A stretch of 63,416 bases of DNA from a virus (IMGVR_UViG_3300032265_001108:1-63416), one strand, 5' to 3'. Shown: positions 18,273 through 34,600, counted from the first letter of the stretch. Made by a program: numbers and translations. The notes: generated by a model not told the origin, from the sequence alone.

Positions 18273-21200
18273 TTAGAATCCTTCTAATGGCTGGTCCTTG
18301 TTATCGGTTAGGCTAAATCCTGTTTCAATTGTTATTTCTTTGTCGCCGCCGTAGTAGTAACTATCTGGTAATTCTGCAGGTCCTGCCTGTAAGAATCTAG
18401 CGGGCTGAGTAGTACTATCCATTAGACTCAATGTGTTTCCTACTGAAATAGAATTGTTCCATACATCCTTAACATTTACCTGCTTTTTAACAATGGTTAA
18501 CTTTATCAAATGATCTGGTCTAACATCTCGATCTTTAAACTGTTCGTCTATATTTAACGTCATTGTACGATGATCAGATGTGCTAATACTAAATTCAGGG
18601 GGAAGATAGTTTAGTCCGTGATAGACAAATCCGTTGATTGCTGAAGCATCACTAGAATTTTCATAAACCCAAACTTGATTTGTACTTGTGACAATGTAGG
18701 CGGTGCCTAGAGAATTTGTTACAGGTAGTAAATCAGATGTTGCAATTGATGCTACAGGTTGATTGAAAATTGGACTATCATAGGCCACAGTCGTATCTTG
18801 ATAGAACATGCCTGTTTTTCTTAAAGGTTTTCCACCGTAGAATACACTTACTTGATCTTCTAAACTAAAAGAGCCACTGCCTGCCAAAGGACGGTATTGT
18901 AGTGTGATACCATCGCTCTTGATACTTTCTCTAGTAGTATTAGCAGTCTGAGGAATTATTACTGTAGCTGTAGTTTGACTGATTGTATAGACCGTAGTAG
19001 CTGTAGAAATATAGGCATTTTGTACCAGAATAGTTTCTGAGAACGGAATACTCTGTGCAGGACTTTGATCAATAACAGTAGTACCTTCTTCGCAATAGAA
19101 ACTAGGACTAGTTCCATAAGTTCCTCTACGAAGCTGGCTTAGTACATTATTGTTTATTTGCCAAAATTCAATTCTTTCTCCATCAACAATAATCACACCT
19201 GGAATTTTCTTAGATATTAAAGGAGCAGTTAATGCACCTGCATCAGCTACATAAATTTCTGTATCCGAATATAACAATGGCTGTGTTAAGTATGTGCTGT
19301 TTTTATAACTCAATCTCTTAAATTGTGTATTATTAAACATGTCATTAAAAATTCTATAGCCTAGAACAGTTGACGCAAGGGCAGTATCAGAAATACTAGT
19401 GATAATAATAGCATTACTATAAGGGTCATCAGTGTTGTAGGTAGGCGGATAAATTCCATTAAAATGGTTAAATGTTAACTGTTGGACAGATTGAGATAGT
19501 TGTATAGTTTTATTATCTTCTAATATAGTATAGTCAACATTGTCTATTAGCGGTATACCGCCGACCTGCACCCATACATAATTCGAGTTTAATATTGTAC
19601 GACTTATGATATATTTTCCTGCTGGATTTTCAACAAATCGTTCGGTTCTAATCATTAGGCTGTCTTGGTCAGTGTAGGTAATTGCTTTAATTTGACAATT
19701 TGAATAGGCCTTCGATAACACTAGCCGATCACCAGATACTGTAAAATCATAGTTAACTATAGTAGGCAGTGCAACTGATGCAACAACATCACCTATACTT
19801 ACTACACCCTGGTTAATGGTAAATGTAGCATTTGCTCCCACAGTAAAATCAATAGTTGGCCTTATCTGGGTTCCATTGACAAAAACTTTTACATTATCAG
19901 AACTTAATCCGCCTAGGCCAAAAACTTGAGGGTCTGTAACAACATTATTATCAATTGGAAATGTTAGACCTGTACTAGTCGTAACCTGATAATAACTTAT
20001 TGCAGGAGGAATCATTCTTCTACGACCAGCACCATCTTCTATTTCTACAATAATATTTGCTTCGGCAGGTCCGATATTGCCCGGAGGTTGTGTTAATATA
20101 AATGTACTTGTGCCCGGAGGCGCTGGATTAAAAACTTGATCATTAATTCTATTATAGTACTGACCGTTAAAACCAAAGAACCATGCTTGTACTGTATTGG
20201 TACCTGTGGATAATCCATAGACATCAACCGCGGCTCGTTTGTTATCTGCATCTGTATAGGTCAATATATAGCCCACTGTACTTACATCGGCCACTGTATT
20301 ATTTGGGTATTGGTCGATCGGCACACCGTTAACTGTCACATAGGCAGTACGAACTGTTGGAGAACCGTCACCTGCTAGACTTCTAATCTGTGCGGTAGTC
20401 CCCCCGGTCACTGTGATTTTTTGGTGATCGATCACACCGGTAGACGAACCCACTTGGCCGCCGCCGACACCAACAATAGTATAACCAGCTAGGCCGGTAT
20501 TAGGTTGTGCAGGAATAATAATTTGATTATTTGCCCAGTCAATATTGAATTGATTAATACTTGTCCAGTTGGTGTTAGTTGTATAGGTAAACAATCGATG
20601 ATCAAATACTAATGTTATGCTATCAACACTTGTAGGAAGAACATTCAACGGAGCAGTTACCTGCGCTCCTGCAGGCACATTAAAGTAGCCTGTGAATATT
20701 GTAGGAGCTCCATTAACATTTTTAGTGTAGACATTTATACCAACACTTTCTGTTGCCTGTCCCGGAACTAGTTCTTCAGGTGCATAGCTAGAATCGGCAG
20801 TATAGAATCCACTACCGTCAATTATAATCTCTGAAGGGTTAACACCTGTTGCACTAGTTAGATAATTGTTAGTTCCAGTAGTCCACCCGCCACTAGCAAT
20901 TGCAGTATCTAGTAAACTGCTATTAGAATCAACGCTCCATATTTCAACTGTTCCAGAATTAACTGTTTGTGTAACTGTCGAACTTACTGTTATAGAAAAC
21001 GCGGCTGTGTTAATCGATGAAACAGTTACATTGGTCAACGAATTAACTACCTGAGCAGTAAACATTGTAGATGTCGATTGCTGACTATTTGAGCTCGCTA
21101 GATTCACTAGTTGCCCGACTGCTATTCCTGTTGTAGTACTTAGAACCAATAGATTAGAACCAGTAACAACAGGTGCTGTTAGGTATGTTCTTTGATAGTA

Positions 21201-24200
21201 ATTAACTTGATCAGCCCATGCACTTTGTCCATAGACAGAATAATAATCATCCCAGTTAGAACTGTAGTTTAGAGATAGTCCTTCGATTGTGGTCTTAGGA
21301 TATTCAATACCAGTCATTAGCTGAGGTAGGTCAATACCTGGCATACCAGAGGTTGCTGTATAATAATTTATAATTCTTTCTGACGCACTTAACAGGTCAA
21401 TATTTTTTGGATATGTAACTTCTAAAATTTGATTCTTATTAGGAATATAATTTAAAAATACTATAGAACTATATTGTTTATTGTAGTCTATATGAGATTT
21501 AGTATAGTAGGTGATTGTATAGTCTGCATTTAACACTAGCTCACCGTCCAATTTGACTGTAATCTTAGATTTGTCAGTTCCTGCAAGCCATGATAATTCA
21601 TATGTGTTGGCGGTGCCGTTACAAACAATTCTGTCGTCTGCTATAATATTCCCGATTTCGCTTGTTCTAGAAATTCGATCGAATTTAATTCCAATTTTAT
21701 TTGTTCTAACCTTCTCGTTCTTTAGTTGTACAGAAACGATTGCCGGAGTAAGAGAAGTATTCCCGCCACCGATTAGTCTAACGATAGGAGCTGTTTGATA
21801 ATTATTTCCCGGATTAGTAACCGCTATTTGCACAACTGCACTAGAACTAATATAGGCCACAGCAGTAGCACCAGAGCCAGTATCTCCTGGAACAGCCTCA
21901 ATAACCACAGTTGGAGGTACTAAGTATCCGGATCCCCCGTTACCTATAGATATACTGCCAACCTGGAAGTTGTGATTATCTGTCCACGATTTCCAAGGGT
22001 ATACATTGGTTAATGTATTGCCAACATCGACTATTTCAAATTTACCATCTGCTTTATTATAGTAGGACGGTAAATCAAAGTCAGTTATAAAACTCTGGCT
22101 ATTGTCTAAGGTAGTATGGTTAGTTGTGAAGTTTCTTATCTGTGTATGATAAGGTTTTACTTCTTCTAGATACTGTTGATAATAGGTGCTGTCTTGTAAT
22201 TTAAAGATAGGACGCTGATCTAATGCACCAGCATAATTTGTCACACTGATGAATGATGTTTTAAATGCCCAGTCTAATAGTTTCTGTTCGGACAATGCAT
22301 ACTTAACTGCCTTGAAGAAGAACAGATTCCAATTAATTTTTAAGTCATTAACAAATATGTCGTTCTTTAATGCAGTAAGAATATATCTTAATTCTAAGTC
22401 CGGAGTCTGATTAAACAGAGTCTGATCGTATGTATTCTTATCATCAAAATTGTAAGGATTAGATTTTGTATTCCAGATAGCATCTGATATCTGTATAGTA
22501 CCTCGCTGACTATATACCAAATCAAATAGATTACTAAATGTTCCACTGCCGCCGACTCGAGATACTATAATATATCTGCCATCACCCGAGTTTTTAATTT
22601 TAACATATTGACCGACTGTGAGGTCTGGTAATTCGTCTAGCTCGTAGACATAGTCAACTGTATGGGTATAGTCCTTATAGGGATTGTAGTCAGCGGATAC
22701 CCAATCTACATAGTTCCAATATCTGGTTGTATTGTACTGTTGAGTATGTTCTCTTACCCAGGTACTTGATTTTATGTCGTATACAAACTGTGTCCAACTA
22801 CCGTTGTATGTTGAATCTGTAAGTACAATAACTGTGTAAGAGCGTGCTACTAGATTGGGAGCGGTAATGTATCCGTTGCCTGCATTTTCAATTTTGCATG
22901 ATACTATTCTTCCGCTTGAATCTATTTCAGTTGAAATAACTGCCGGAGTTGATGCGTGACCGATTATTGTTACTGTCGGCGCAATTTTATAACCAAATCC
23001 AGCATCATCGATAATAACACTTCGTATTTTACCATCTGCAATCGTACATCTTAATTGAGGTAGCTTAAACAATGTAGTATCAATTAATAGTAGAGCCTCA
23101 TTGTCTTCGATGATTTGGTCGTACTGGTTACTATAAATGCTAGGAATAGTTTCTTGAGCATTTAGATTTGAAAAGTTATAATTACCTGTTATCTGATTTG
23201 CCAACAATATACTATTTGTAAATTCCAGCAAATTACGCAGGGCTTCTTTCCTATCTTTGAAAAGAGTTTGTTGGGGACGAATACCGACACCATATTTCAC
23301 ACGATCCGATAATTTTGGATCAGGTACAGGCGTTCCTAGGGTGTCATGCCCCATCAGACTATCAATTAATTTTTTCTCTAGTAGGGTATTTGGAACACTG
23401 TCAGCTTTTCCTTCTTGCAACAATAACCATTCAGTATGTTTAGGAATAGTATTATCGATGCTGTCTGTAGCAATATTGAAATTTATTCTGTTGCCTACTA
23501 GTTCTGTTCCTACATTTGCTAATGCAACTGCATCCTTAGAAAGTATTGCCGCATATTTTATACCGTAGGCCGTAGGATCTGCAATAACAGAGGCTACCTG
23601 ATAAGCACTGATACGGCGATTCTTAGTTGCCGGGACTGTAATTTTATTTTTTACCCAGAAATAATAATAGTTGTTAAATGAGTTTGTAACTGCATTGAAT
23701 ACCTGTTTAACTGAGATTACAGAATTATCAGGAAATTTTGGTTGCCCACTAACACCCCTAGTTAGACCGGCAGGAGTATCTGCCTGACTGCTCCATTCGC
23801 TAGGTAATAAATCTGATCCTACCCATTCATAAACATCTATAGTTGCACCCGGGAAAACTGATCCCCAATTATTTTTTCTGTAGGTTAAGTCGCCTTGTTC
23901 GTACCATGTATATTTTACGGTGCTTAGATCCCACCATAGTTGACCAACATGTTCATCTAACCAATTAGAGTTAGAATCGTTGACGGTACCTGCTACTCCG
24001 ATAGAATAAACTGCTGGATCAAATGCAGATTTAAAAGTTAACTCTTGTTCTGCTAGACCAGAAATTTTTCCTTTGATAGGATCAATAATTTCAAGATATT
24101 CTAATATATCTTCATTATAGGTATCAATTAGTACAGCTCTTTGAATTGTATCTACAGTAACCAAATCTTCTTGCTGTCTTAGTAAACTTAGACCTATAGA

Positions 24201-27200
24201 CGCAGTAGATTGATTATTAAATTCATAGAAAGAACCTACATAAGTCGAACTTGAAAATGCTGGAGCTCCTACATATATAGTGTTGTATTGATCAATAGCA
24301 ACACTATAACCAAAACTTGTACCTTCTGCAGGAGTAGCCGGAGACAATTGCTCAGATAACACAAATCTGTTGGCCTGTCTATTATAGATATAGACAGTAC
24401 CATACTGTGCTATCTCTCCATAGAAATATGTAGACCCGCTATCAAATGTTGTTGCACTAGCATTAGGAGCACTTAATATGTTGTTGACATAGGTACCAAA
24501 TTTAGGTTCCGGAACTGAGTAGGTATCAACTGTGTTCTTTGTACTCTTTGAATTACCAACTGATGCAATTGCTATTACATTTGATAATGTGTTAACTGAG
24601 ATATCTGTAGCAAATCTCATTCCCATATCGGCAAATGGACTTGATATAACGGAATTCAATACATAAGATCCGTTTGTGTTTGTATAGACTGCAACACCAC
24701 CTAGAGATTTATTTGTATTGATACTATCTGGTGCAGTAACAAACAAATATGCACCGTCAGCTGACATGACTAACGAATCTCCAAATCTTGCACTGCCGCT
24801 AAATGGTGAAATTAATTTTTGGGAGTATGTTATACTTTTTCCTACATAGATACATACTGTACCGGAGTTAGTTGCATAGCCCGGCGCACTAATTGCAATA
24901 GTGGTTGCATCGCTCGAACCTGCAATAGCATACCCCCATTGACTGCCTATGTTTAAAGAAGTAGGTGCTGTAATACTGCTGATATAAGTAGCAGTAACTA
25001 CTGATGTAGAGTCGACACTATAAGCATAGACAGCCCCAGTACCCAGCAGTTCTGTTCCTGGAGCCCCTACTAACATTAATTTTGTACTGGTATTCTTTTG
25101 TACAAATAAAGAAGATCCAAATCTTTGATTAGATCCCGCAACAGGGCTTGCCAATACAAACTGAGGTACTTCGGTATATAGTACTTCATTGATACTGCTA
25201 ATCTTGACAAGACCTTCCGACACACTAGTATTTGCAGTTCCTGCACCTGTAGAATATCGTCGAGCACCAGTTGGCGGATTTGTAGTTATCGCTTTGACAC
25301 CGCCAGCAGCCGGAGCCCCGGCAAAAATTAATCCGTAGGTCGATGTGCTAAAAGGATATTCATCATAGACCATTGCATGACCAAATTCTGTTACCCCCGG
25401 AGTATGATAAATTTTAGACACATCGCTATTGTTTAGCTGATACTCAAATTGTTTTTGTGAAGCATTATTAATTTTTTTGTAAACAGAAATCTTGCCATAC
25501 TCGCCGCTGTTAATATAATTTGGAGCATTGACTGTAAAAATACGATCACTGTTAACACCTTTACTAATGTTCCATCCTAGTTGTTGTGTTTGATGGCTAA
25601 CTGGAGCATACTGTTTAACATCTTGATAGCTGTTAATTTTTTCATAAACTGACCAACGACCGGAAGCATTGTTATCAACCCAAATTTTAGTACCGATCGG
25701 CCATGCCAGTATTTCAGTATCCGATGGAAGATTATCAAAATCTTTAAATCGCATACTTCTGAAAGTATACAATCTACCTGGGGTAGGCAAAGGTTGATCA
25801 ACAATAACTGTTAATTTTGTAGCTACAGTAAATTGGCTTAGTGTAGGTGTTGCTTGTACAACATAAACACCATCGACTTGGTTGTTGAAGTTAACAATAG
25901 ATACTACTTGCCCCGGTGATAAATTATGGAAATGATTTGTATAGAAAGTCATCTGACTGCCAACTAGCGTCAATGATATTCCTGTAATACCGGCATTTGA
26001 CAGAGTGTATCGTTGGACATCCCAATCACCGTTTGATTTAAAGCCTAACCAAATTATATCGCCCTCCATGATCTGCCCGTTGTTGGCAATGTCAAGTAGA
26101 CTATTTTCGTTATAGGCTGTTGCAGTTACATCGTCAAGACGAGCATACCCTGCATTGATCAATTTTAAATTAGATTCAGTATCGCTATCTACTGCAAAAG
26201 TAGAAGTTGATTTATAATCCACAGGCGTGATTACTAGGTCATTAGGCGTACCATAGACTGTCAAATCATTTGGTTTGATAGGTCTAGTATCTACAAAATT
26301 TATTACTTGAGGATTTTCAATAAAGGTTCCCTCTTGCAGAGGAAGTTCCAATTCTTGGTAAGTCGAATAAGAACCGTAATAGCCTACACGGAAAGCCCAT
26401 TCTTCATTATAATCCAACTGCCCCTGTTGATTAAACAATGTAGCTTTGGATAATTTGCTGATAGAATTCTTAGTACCTTTTTCTTTAATAAATCCTTGAT
26501 AGAATTTATATTGAGCAATTGGGTTTGTGAATATATTGTTTAGATAGACACGAGGCGTATAACCAGTTAAATGCTGGGCCATCTTTTGTTGACCGGCATC
26601 AAAATTATCAATATCTAAACTATAAAAATCTTCAAACTGATTGATTTTATAATCAAAGTTCGGTAATAACCCTGCAACAGGTTTTGATCCTAGCAATGAC
26701 CATGCATTAAAATCAAATGTAACTGCACCCGGCAGATTTCTAATTGCGGAATAATAGTTGCCAGAATAACGAACTATATCGCCGGCTGCATAATCAGTAT
26801 ACTGTTTCCAATTAGAAATAACTGCGGTATCGTAGACAAAACCTGGACTAAAATAATCACCTTCCCAGTTGGCTGTTCTGAAACCCGACAGCTTCATGCG
26901 CTGTTGTCTATATCCTGTTTCTATATCATATATAACATCGTTGAAGATTGTCTTGTTGTTAAAAACAATTGCATGTTCTTTCTGTACACTATTCAATCTT
27001 GCAAAATAGATTCCGTCAGTTGTATTAACTGTTAGGATCGTGCATACTCCGTCAATTCTCGATACACTTAGATTATTTTGAGGATAAGATGTTCCGTCTG
27101 CTTTTAATATACTATATTCGTAAAAGCTATCAAATATATTATCTACAACAGACTGGTTAAATTGATATTTTAATCGATCGGCGAACGGACTTAGTGTAAT

Positions 27201-30200
27201 AACACTACCAGTGGCCCAGTTTTGTAAATTCCAATATAAGAATTCCTGTGCCGAGAAGTCCCAATTAATTACAGATTGTAGGTCCGCGTTGAATTCATCA
27301 AATATAAATCCTTGATCAGTTAACCATTTTCCATAGCCAATAATTAAATCATAAACCTGTTGAATATTTTCAAACTCTGTTCCATAAGGTACTCGAACCA
27401 CCTCAGAAGAAAACTGTTCAGCTCGTTGAACCACTGCGCCACCCACTGTTGGCAATGCTGGCAGCATTTGGAAGTAATTAGAATTAAATGTGCTTCCAGA
27501 TTGGTGACTTACTTTTACCTTATAAAAATTATTACCATAGGCTACAATCTGTCCTACTTGATAGAAATTGCCTGTAACCGCTGCCTTGGCAGTAGTGGTA
27601 TCTGCATCTGATAATCCAGTCGAACCCCCAGATGCGCTAGGGGCCCATGTAACATAAGATTCACTAATTCCGCCCACTGTTAATACAGGAGTAGCGGAAT
27701 TTCTTATCGACGGGTACATGCTAAAATAAGGAGCAGTTTGATCATATCCCTTGACCGTAAACTTGCCATTTACTTTTTGTACTACAATACCGGATATTCC
27801 TACAGATTTAACAGGGTTGCTGACATTTAAGATTACATTATAATTTTCCAGCGGCAACACGGCACCGGGACTAACTGTAGTAGGTTCATAGGCATCGATG
27901 ATAATCTGCATTTCTGTTTTGCTGATAAAGCCGCCCACTTTGTAAAACAGATTAACATCAATGTTTCTTATATCCTGTATCAGCTCGCTAACATAGTTTG
28001 AAGTTCTTTGATTGCCAATTTCTGTTACAAATACACCATACCCACTGGTTAATGTTGTTCCTGTGTTTGATGCAACTGTTATATTTTTTAAATTTAAAAA
28101 TTCATTATGGTTACCGTAACTCCATTGCCCTGCAATGTTTACATTCATACGACTTGTGTCGTAGAATAGTGCAGAGTATTTTGCCGGAAAGGCTAGAGCC
28201 AAGAATTTTTGTACAGCAAATGGCCAGTAGCTACTACGGCGCCAGGCTGTTTCGGCAGGACCTTGATCGCCAAATATCCACCCTTGTCTAGAATTAAACG
28301 CAGTAACATTAGTTACTAAAGAAATAGTAGGATCAACTAGATTACCTTGAGAATCAACTGGAAGAATCTTACTTAATCCTGGACGGGCATAGTTAGTATT
28401 AACGACACCTTGTACTAATCCTAGTTCTAGATCATTCCATAAAATATCATTACCGGATGTATAAGGAGCAGGACCGTATTGATTTGTCCACCAGTCTGGC
28501 TGGTTGGTAAATCCTAACATCTCCCAAGGGTGTGTGTGAGGTCGATCGGTATCGTAGAAATATTTGTACAAAGCTCTCCAATATCCCGACACTGGTTGGC
28601 TAATTGACGGGCTATATGATCCTTGATAATTCCATGTAAACGGATTCGCGTCGTCGACTACTGTATTAATAGTAAAGTCAATGCCGTAGAATCCTGCCCA
28701 TTTGATAAAATCACTTTGTAGTATTCCATTAACCTCACTGAGTGTATATGGAGTATTTCTAAATGCACCCGGTTGTAAACTCTTGATATCAAATAAATGT
28801 TCTTTGTAACCTACTTTGATATTGTTGTAAACACGGCGTTCGTATTCTAGTATAATTAAATCTCTAAAATCACCGTAGGCACGCATTAGACTACCATCGT
28901 GACCTTGAATAACAGTAACGGGTACTTCTGCATAGGTATCATCAAGATAAATTGCTGGAACAAATGCAGGGTACAATCCTAATTTTGTAGGAGTAGGAGG
29001 AATAAAACTACCGCGAGTATCAGGATACTCTTTTACAACGATTTGATCACCAACAGAAATTTTTGTTTTAACATGTATCTGTGAATCAATTTTTACAAAA
29101 TCAAAATCAACTCCCACAGTTAATTGTATTCCGTTTAAGTATACCAATACAGATTGTAAATTTAATTCTGTAAGATCATAACTTGCCGACATTGGATAGT
29201 AGACATTGCGTACATCAGTAACAGTAAAAGTTCTAACAGTATGATCTGTTCCATAGGCTATCATGTCCGATAGGTAGTAAGGAGAAGACGAATTTTTAAC
29301 TTGATTAATCTCTAGCATCGCTTGATCTAGTGCAGCCACCGGATCAAATTGATCAGTCAGTTGAGAAATTTTAGCAAGCAGGGCCAGTTTAAATTGATTG
29401 TATTGATTAGCAACTTTTGTAATAGCATCAACAACACTATGCTCTTTTTTGCCTACAAATAATTGTGCAAATGGCAGAGGTGCGGCATTTGAAATAAGTC
29501 TAGTTCCATAGCTTGAGATATTGCCCAGGTCTCTTAAATTGTTATCTCCTGGAAACATTCCTACAAATCCCGGAGCCCTTTTAACCATCGAGCTAACATG
29601 GTCTTGTAATTCTGAAAAAGTAAATGAGGCGATAGGCCCATTTAATGGATTGTTTGTTAAACTTAGAGGAGGCTCGTAGTATTTTGATCCATCTTCTGCT
29701 GTTAATAAAGGAATTGCATAAGGTTCAGCAGTTTGCCATACATTGGCAAATGTGTCTCCTAACGAATTTGAAAACTTACAATAGGCCGTTGATGTCGGAA
29801 CACTGGTGATAGAAGTTCCTTCAGTTATTGTAATGCTATCTGTCATGAAATAATTTTCAAACAAATAACTGCCAATCCCTGCACTGTTTTTGTATTTTAA
29901 AGAAAAGCCTAGCACCGAGTCATAAATTGTGCCAGATGCATAGCCAAATAGTTTATTGCCTTTAAAATCGCTTAGATAAAAGTTAGCATCCGAATAGCTG
30001 TTGCCTTGATCATCGAAAAGATCAAATAACGGAGGTGTATTCAAAGTATGATGCTGTTGAGCAAATTGCCATGTATCGCCATTGTACCACCATTCTGTTC
30101 CTTTGTTGGTATCTCCGAGATTAACTCCAGTAACCGATTGAGCCATTGGAACATCTACAGGAACTAGTTGTAGTCTAGGAATATTTTTAACAAATAGATA

Positions 30201-31637
30201 GTTAACTTGATATACTTTTCCACGAACGTCAGCATCTGTATCTGCATTAAAAATTACACGATGCCCTTGTTGTAGCAATACTCCATCAACATAGTAACCG
30301 GCAGATCCTTCAACAATGCTAAATGCATCTAGTGTTTTATTGTCAATAAGATCCACATTACCAATTGCTATCGTACCATAATTATATAATTTTAAATCTG
30401 CATTAAATTCTACGATAGGACGCTTTGCTCTTTTATCAGCTGGATAGGAAGGAATGGTGCCATTTTTAGTAGCACTGATTGCAATAATATCTTTATGGAT
30501 CCAGCGATTATATCGAGACCAAGGATTTAGATCTTGGCTCGAACGATTAATAGTGATATATTCCGGAGTTAACGGAAGTGTTTTAAAATTATCAAACGGA
30601 TATTCATCAAATGGATTAGCATCAAAATTTTCATCGTAGGTAGATGCAATAGTTTCTGGTGTTAACAATCTATCATATTCTACCAATCGTATTGCAGTTC
30701 CGACACCTTCTACAAAAAATTCTTTATTTTGATAAGATGCAGGTGTTACTTGACCTGCAAACTTTATTTTCATGCCATTTGAAAGCGTAACACCTGTACC
30801 TGAAACATAATTCTTTTTACCAATTACATCGAGCTCTACATTAATAAAACTATTCTGGTCTACAGATTTAACTACGAATTGACCCTGAGTAAGTTGTTGA
30901 TCTCCGCTGATATAAAATAATGTATCAGGTGTGTTATTATCTATGACTATAGTAACAGTTCCCGTAGATACTCCATTATTAGTAACACCAATATTGTATA
31001 GATCATACGGTCCGATAGACGGAGCAGTTTTAATAAAGAACTTATGCGCAGAACTTACATCAAAGTGATAGGTATTGCCTCTATATAAAAATATATTAGG
31101 ATCGCTAGTCAATCCGTCTGGGGTAAAGATAAATGCCGAACCAACTTCACTATCACGAACCAGATAGGTACTGTTAGTGTCTTTTAATTGTCCTTCAATA
31201 ACGATTGTCTCTGGTCCTGTAGTTAACCAGTAGTAGTCTTGATAGTTAACTAACTTGTCCCAGTCAATGTGAGGGTTATATGAATAAAATTCTGATCTAA
31301 ATAATCTGTCAAGATTAGAAGTATTGCCACCTTTGATAGTAATTTCATTGATTAAATCATCTAGTGCAACGGTGTCTGTTACTACGCCCGAGCTGTTGTT
31401 TACTATTAGTGCAGGTTCTAGCTGATAATCTTTTCTTAATGGTAAAGATTCTTTTATATAAACATCAGTCGATGCATTATATGTAGGTGTCGATGTAGTA
31501 CCGATATAGCCGTCAATTCGTTCTAGTTGTGGTTTTTGAATTAACTGATCTAAAGTACCGTGCAGGAACTTGGCATTTTTATCAGTTTGTAAAAACTCTG
31601 GTAGTAGATTAACTGAACTATTATTTTTATTAACCAT
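18273..31637 (-). CDS. Giant (4454 aa) baseplate wedge-like structural protein (gp7 position)
   Basis: Directly downstream of the gp6-like gene; N-terminal LLPEF; EVKPYHT; GxGYxxAP repeats; propeller and CBM-like segments. Confidence 0.7.
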   Translation of the reverse strand: MVNKNNSSVNLLPEFLQTDKNAKFLHGTLDQLIQKPQLERIDGYIGTTSTPTYNASTDVYIKESLPLRKDYQLEPALIVNNSSGVVTDTVALDDLINEITIKGGNTSNLDRLFRSEFYSYNPHIDWDKLVNYQDYYWLTTGPETIVIEGQLKDTNSTYLVRDSEVGSAFIFTPDGLTSDPNIFLYRGNTYHFDVSSAHKFFIKTAPSIGPYDLYNIGVTNNGVSTGTVTIVIDNNTPDTLFYISGDQQLTQGQFVVKSVDQNSFINVELDVIGKKNYVSGTGVTLSNGMKIKFAGQVTPASYQNKEFFVEGVGTAIRLVEYDRLLTPETIASTYDENFDANPFDEYPFDNFKTLPLTPEYITINRSSQDLNPWSRYNRWIHKDIIAISATKNGTIPSYPADKRAKRPIVEFNADLKLYNYGTIAIGNVDLIDNKTLDAFSIVEGSAGYYVDGVLLQQGHRVIFNADTDADVRGKVYQVNYLFVKNIPRLQLVPVDVPMAQSVTGVNLGDTNKGTEWWYNGDTWQFAQQHHTLNTPPLFDLFDDQGNSYSDANFYLSDFKGNKLFGYASGTIYDSVLGFSLKYKNSAGIGSYLFENYFMTDSITITEGTSITSVPTSTAYCKFSNSLGDTFANVWQTAEPYAIPLLTAEDGSKYYEPPLSLTNNPLNGPIASFTFSELQDHVSSMVKRAPGFVGMFPGDNNLRDLGNISSYGTRLISNAAPLPFAQLFVGKKEHSVVDAITKVANQYNQFKLALLAKISQLTDQFDPVAALDQAMLEINQVKNSSSPYYLSDMIAYGTDHTVRTFTVTDVRNVYYPMSASYDLTELNLQSVLVYLNGIQLTVGVDFDFVKIDSQIHVKTKISVGDQIVVKEYPDTRGSFIPPTPTKLGLYPAFVPAIYLDDTYAEVPVTVIQGHDGSLMRAYGDFRDLIILEYERRVYNNIKVGYKEHLFDIKSLQPGAFRNTPYTLSEVNGILQSDFIKWAGFYGIDFTINTVVDDANPFTWNYQGSYSPSISQPVSGYWRALYKYFYDTDRPHTHPWEMLGFTNQPDWWTNQYGPAPYTSGNDILWNDLELGLVQGVVNTNYARPGLSKILPVDSQGNLVDPTISLVTNVTAFNSRQGWIFGDQGPAETAWRRSSYWPFAVQKFLALAFPAKYSALFYDTSRMNVNIAGQWSYGNHNEFLNLKNITVASNTGTTLTSGYGVFVTEIGNQRTSNYVSELIQDIRNIDVNLFYKVGGFISKTEMQIIIDAYEPTTVSPGAVLPLENYNVILNVSNPVKSVGISGIVVQKVNGKFTVKGYDQTAPYFSMYPSIRNSATPVLTVGGISESYVTWAPSASGGSTGLSDADTTTAKAAVTGNFYQVGQIVAYGNNFYKVKVSHQSGSTFNSNYFQMLPALPTVGGAVVQRAEQFSSEVVRVPYGTEFENIQQVYDLIIGYGKWLTDQGFIFDEFNADLQSVINWDFSAQEFLYWNLQNWATGSVITLSPFADRLKYQFNQSVVDNIFDSFYEYSILKADGTSYPQNNLSVSRIDGVCTILTVNTTDGIYFARLNSVQKEHAIVFNNKTIFNDVIYDIETGYRQQRMKLSGFRTANWEGDYFSPGFVYDTAVISNWKQYTDYAAGDIVRYSGNYYSAIRNLPGAVTFDFNAWSLLGSKPVAGLLPNFDYKINQFEDFYSLDIDNFDAGQQKMAQHLTGYTPRVYLNNIFTNPIAQYKFYQGFIKEKGTKNSISKLSKATLFNQQGQLDYNEEWAFRVGYYGSYSTYQELELPLQEGTFIENPQVINFVDTRPIKPNDLTVYGTPNDLVITPVDYKSTSTFAVDSDTESNLKLINAGYARLDDVTATAYNENSLLDIANNGQIMEGDIIWLGFKSNGDWDVQRYTLSNAGITGISLTLVGSQMTFYTNHFHNLSPGQVVSIVNFNNQVDGVYVVQATPTLSQFTVATKLTVIVDQPLPTPGRLYTFRSMRFKDFDNLPSDTEILAWPIGTKIWVDNNASGRWSVYEKINSYQDVKQYAPVSHQTQQLGWNISKGVNSDRIFTVNAPNYINSGEYGKISVYKKINNASQKQFEYQLNNSDVSKIYHTPGVTEFGHAMVYDEYPFSTSTYGLIFAGAPAAGGVKAITTNPPTGARRYSTGAGTANTSVSEGLVKISSINEVLYTEVPQFVLASPVAGSNQRFGSSLFVQKNTSTKLMLVGAPGTELLGTGAVYAYSVDSTSVVTATYISSITAPTSLNIGSQWGYAIAGSSDATTIAISAPGYATNSGTVCIYVGKSITYSQKLISPFSGSARFGDSLVMSADGAYLFVTAPDSINTNKSLGGVAVYTNTNGSYVLNSVISSPFADMGMRFATDISVNTLSNVIAIASVGNSKSTKNTVDTYSVPEPKFGTYVNNILSAPNASATTFDSGSTYFYGEIAQYGTVYIYNRQANRFVLSEQLSPATPAEGTSFGYSVAIDQYNTIYVGAPAFSSSTYVGSFYEFNNQSTASIGLSLLRQQEDLVTVDTIQRAVLIDTYNEDILEYLEIIDPIKGKISGLAEQELTFKSAFDPAVYSIGVAGTVNDSNSNWLDEHVGQLWWDLSTVKYTWYEQGDLTYRKNNWGSVFPGATIDVYEWVGSDLLPSEWSSQADTPAGLTRGVSGQPKFPDNSVISVKQVFNAVTNSFNNYYYFWVKNKITVPATKNRRISAYQVASVIADPTAYGIKYAAILSKDAVALANVGTELVGNRINFNIATDSIDNTIPKHTEWLLLQEGKADSVPNTLLEKKLIDSLMGHDTLGTPVPDPKLSDRVKYGVGIRPQQTLFKDRKEALRNLLEFTNSILLANQITGNYNFSNLNAQETIPSIYSNQYDQIIEDNEALLLIDTTLFKLPQLRCTIADGKIRSVIIDDAGFGYKIAPTVTIIGHASTPAVISTEIDSSGRIVSCKIENAGNGYITAPNLVARSYTVIVLTDSTYNGSWTQFVYDIKSSTWVREHTQQYNTTRYWNYVDWVSADYNPYKDYTHTVDYVYELDELPDLTVGQYVKIKNSGDGRYIIVSRVGGSGTFSNLFDLVYSQRGTIQISDAIWNTKSNPYNFDDKNTYDQTLFNQTPDLELRYILTALKNDIFVNDLKINWNLFFFKAVKYALSEQKLLDWAFKTSFISVTNYAGALDQRPIFKLQDSTYYQQYLEEVKPYHTQIRNFTTNHTTLDNSQSFITDFDLPSYYNKADGKFEIVDVGNTLTNVYPWKSWTDNHNFQVGSISIGNGGSGYLVPPTVVIEAVPGDTGSGATAVAYISSSAVVQIAVTNPGNNYQTAPIVRLIGGGNTSLTPAIVSVQLKNEKVRTNKIGIKFDRISRTSEIGNIIADDRIVCNGTANTYELSWLAGTDKSKITVKLDGELVLNADYTITYYTKSHIDYNKQYSSIVFLNYIPNKNQILEVTYPKNIDLLSASERIINYYTATSGMPGIDLPQLMTGIEYPKTTIEGLSLNYSSNWDDYYSVYGQSAWADQVNYYQRTYLTAPVVTGSNLLVLSTTTGIAVGQLVNLASSNSQQSTSTMFTAQVVNSLTNVTVSSINTAAFSITVSSTVTQTVNSGTVEIWSVDSNSSLLDTAIASGGWTTGTNNYLTSATGVNPSEIIIDGSGFYTADSSYAPEELVPGQATESVGINVYTKNVNGAPTIFTGYFNVPAGAQVTAPLNVLPTSVDSITLVFDHRLFTYTTNTNWTSINQFNIDWANNQIIIPAQPNTGLAGYTIVGVGGGQVGSSTGVIDHQKITVTGGTTAQIRSLAGDGSPTVRTAYVTVNGVPIDQYPNNTVADVSTVGYILTYTDADNKRAAVDVYGLSTGTNTVQAWFFGFNGQYYNRINDQVFNPAPPGTSTFILTQPPGNIGPAEANIIVEIEDGAGRRRMIPPAISYYQVTTSTGLTFPIDNNVVTDPQVFGLGGLSSDNVKVFVNGTQIRPTIDFTVGANATFTINQGVVSIGDVVASVALPTIVNYDFTVSGDRLVLSKAYSNCQIKAITYTDQDSLMIRTERFVENPAGKYIISRTILNSNYVWVQVGGIPLIDNVDYTILEDNKTIQLSQSVQQLTFNHFNGIYPPTYNTDDPYSNAIIITSISDTALASTVLGYRIFNDMFNNTQFKRLSYKNSTYLTQPLLYSDTEIYVADAGALTAPLISKKIPGVIIVDGERIEFWQINNNVLSQLRRGTYGTSPSFYCEEGTTVIDQSPAQSIPFSETILVQNAYISTATTVYTISQTTATVIIPQTANTTRESIKSDGITLQYRPLAGSGSFSLEDQVSVFYGGKPLRKTGMFYQDTTVAYDSPIFNQPVASIATSDLLPVTNSLGTAYIVTSTNQVWVYENSSDASAINGFVYHGLNYLPPEFSISTSDHRTMTLNIDEQFKDRDVRPDHLIKLTIVKKQVNVKDVWNNSISVGNTLSLMDSTTQPARFLQAGPAELPDSYYYGGDKEITIETGFSLTDNKDQPLEGF

Positions 31638-31639
31638 TT

Positions 31640-34600
31640 TTAACTTCCACTACTGGTAACGATTGTTGCAGTAGTCTTAATTTGACTAGCTGTAATTGCA
31701 CTGATTACTTGAATGTCTGATATATGCGCACAACTGATAAAGATTTCGTTTGACTGACATGCAACTTCATAGAGACTACCGAACGAACTGTTTGTTGATC
31801 TTGGAACAATGATGAAGTTTGTAATATTTGGCGATAGTAAATTCATGACATAGGTCGACAACTCGCTAAAATGGAAACTTTGACCAAAGTCCCAATTTTC
31901 TAATGCAAAGAATTCGTTAATTGCAGAAAGTATTTGTGTAGCAATATCGTTATCGCTAATTGTAACTGTTGCATTTCTTACCGCTTTAAATGTTGCCTGT
32001 AGATTTATATCAGCCTGCGCACCAAACAAGGGTTTGTACATGACAGGTTGGAAAATTATTTCATCACTGATTGTGCGTACAGGATTTAATGCCGCAGAAA
32101 AGTTATTATCAAGACTTTGACTTGTCGGTGGTAGGGGATCGGAACCTACTCCTGTAGATACCCAATTTCTGTAATCCTTATCATAACCCGATGTCAGTAC
32201 ATAGATATCTACAATGTTACTCTTACTAGGATCTATACGATACTCTTGACTACTGTTATGTACATAATGGAATTTTAAATCTGATCTTCCTGGATAGGCA
32301 AAATATCTAGATTCATTTTCTCCATATACCCACGGTCCAGTTGTATACTGCAATGCTGGCTGATAACTGTTTACAACATTGTAAGCTGGATCATAAAAAT
32401 AAAATAGATCGCCCTCGGCAACTAGACTAGGATTGACCAGTATGTATTTTTCAGCCTCTACTGGAGTAGGAAACGCTGTGAACATATTGTTATCAGCGAG
32501 CTGATATCTTAACCCATCTGTAAGTTTTTCAAAATAAACAAATTTATCTTGGAAGTAAGTAACGGTACTGGTAGATGCCGGAGATACAATTACATCAAAT
32601 GTATCCGGATCATGCACTTGGCCTGAATTATTGTAGTCGTAAAAACTTATCTTAACCTTAGTAGGATCTACATAACCATCTTGTTCAACGATAGAACCAT
32701 CAACTTGCCATTCGTAGTCTAATCCTAGTGCCAATGAAGTTGATGTGCTTGTAGGATTAATAGACAACACTGTTATAGTATCTCGAACAACTGAGTCGGT
32801 TGTGAAATCATAATTTTTATTTGTATTCTCAACAAAGAACGCAGTTTCTTTGACACTTTCAAAAATATAATTTGTAAAACGATATCGAACCTTGTAGTCT
32901 ACTCCGGTCCATGTAAATGCAATTAACCAGCTAGAGTCTAAATTAGCGCCGCTTAGATTACCCTGATAGGCTAGACTAAAAGGATTGATTAAATCAAGAT
33001 CAACATCTTGAATAATTGTCCAGGTTCTTGTTAATTGGCTAAATGCTAGACCAAAATTTCTTTGATTAATGCATAGGTTCACAAGATTAGTTTCAAATGA
33101 ATATGAATAAGAACTAACAAAAAGAGGAATGATCTCTGATGGAATAGCCGCTTGATCTATGATATCACTAAAAATAACAGGTCCGGTACCATCGTCAAGT
33201 TTACCTTGGCCGGTATTTGATCCATCACCTATGACTTGAATTACAGTCGACCAAATATAAGATTGACCGTTTGCAGGGATAATCTTTGAAACAGGAATTT
33301 TTTTAATTAAATTGTTTTTATCAAAGTAACTACCAGCCGGTGGAAGGAATTTAACCAACGCACCCGGCATGACATATTGTAAATTATTTGATGAAAAGTT
33401 TCCAACAGGCGACGGAGAAACATTATTATAGACAAAATATCCTCGACTCTGGCCTGCTGTTTTATTAACCAATACCCATGAATATCCAAGACCGTCTAGG
33501 CTAGGACGACTATATTGATCAAAGTAAAACGATCTCATAGCGTTACTAGAAATCAAAGGTCCTACCTGTTGTTTAATTACAGAATAGACTTGATTTTTAT
33601 TAACAATACCGAAATTAAAACTCTGTTCTTGATCTCTTTTGTATACTATACCGTCTTTGGCAAATATGTTAGTACTAGAATATTTTCCACTAACATCATT
33701 TAGATCAAAGTATTTGCTAAGACCACTAGAAATTCTGTTGATGCTTTTAACTTTTAGAATATCACTGCTGATTGTCAACGGTACAATGTTATAATCTTCG
33801 CCTGTGACCATTCTATTTTGACTATAGAATGCCTGCGGTGCTTTATTTTGTATACTTGCATTAGATTCTGTAGAGGCACTATTGTTAACTGTATACTGTA
33901 GAGATAGAGTTAATCTTAGAGAATGGCTCTGATTTAATTTGTTGGTATAGGGTATCTCGATAGTAATGCCAGACATCTGATCTGGTTTAATTGTATAGGT
34001 CAACCCGTTACTCTGTCTATAGAATAGACTATAATTTCCGGACGGTAGATTACCAAAATTACCATCAGCAAAATTCAAATCGATCTGATCTTGGTCTCGA
34101 CTACTTATACTGTAAACATCTCTGACACCGTTGCCCAAGCTGTTGTATATAATATTGTTTCCAGTTACAGAAGGTACTTTGTTCCATAGCTTAGAATAAC
34201 TGCCTTTAGAATCCAAATGCCATAACCATACATCAGTATCGTTAATATTAGGGGTGTTTACACCAATAATTTCATTAGGAACCGGAGCAGAAATATTGAA
34301 GTTTGAAAGACCTAAAGCTCCTTGGCGGAAGTGGCAGAAGAACCCGGTATTCGCGCTACCAGATCCTTGATTATCATTTTGATAAATCAATGCAAATTGA
34401 TTTCCTGGAAACGGTGCTTCTTCATATATACTAGATTTTCCTGAAAAACTAGCAGACACAATTTCAAAATTCATACTCGTGCCGTTTATATTTTTTAAGA
34501 AGCTGTATACAGGAACATCTGTGTTGGCGCTGTTTAATTTGTACTGCTCTGAAAGTATTCCATTAATGGTGTTTCTATCATTTGGTTTGCCAAAAACAGA

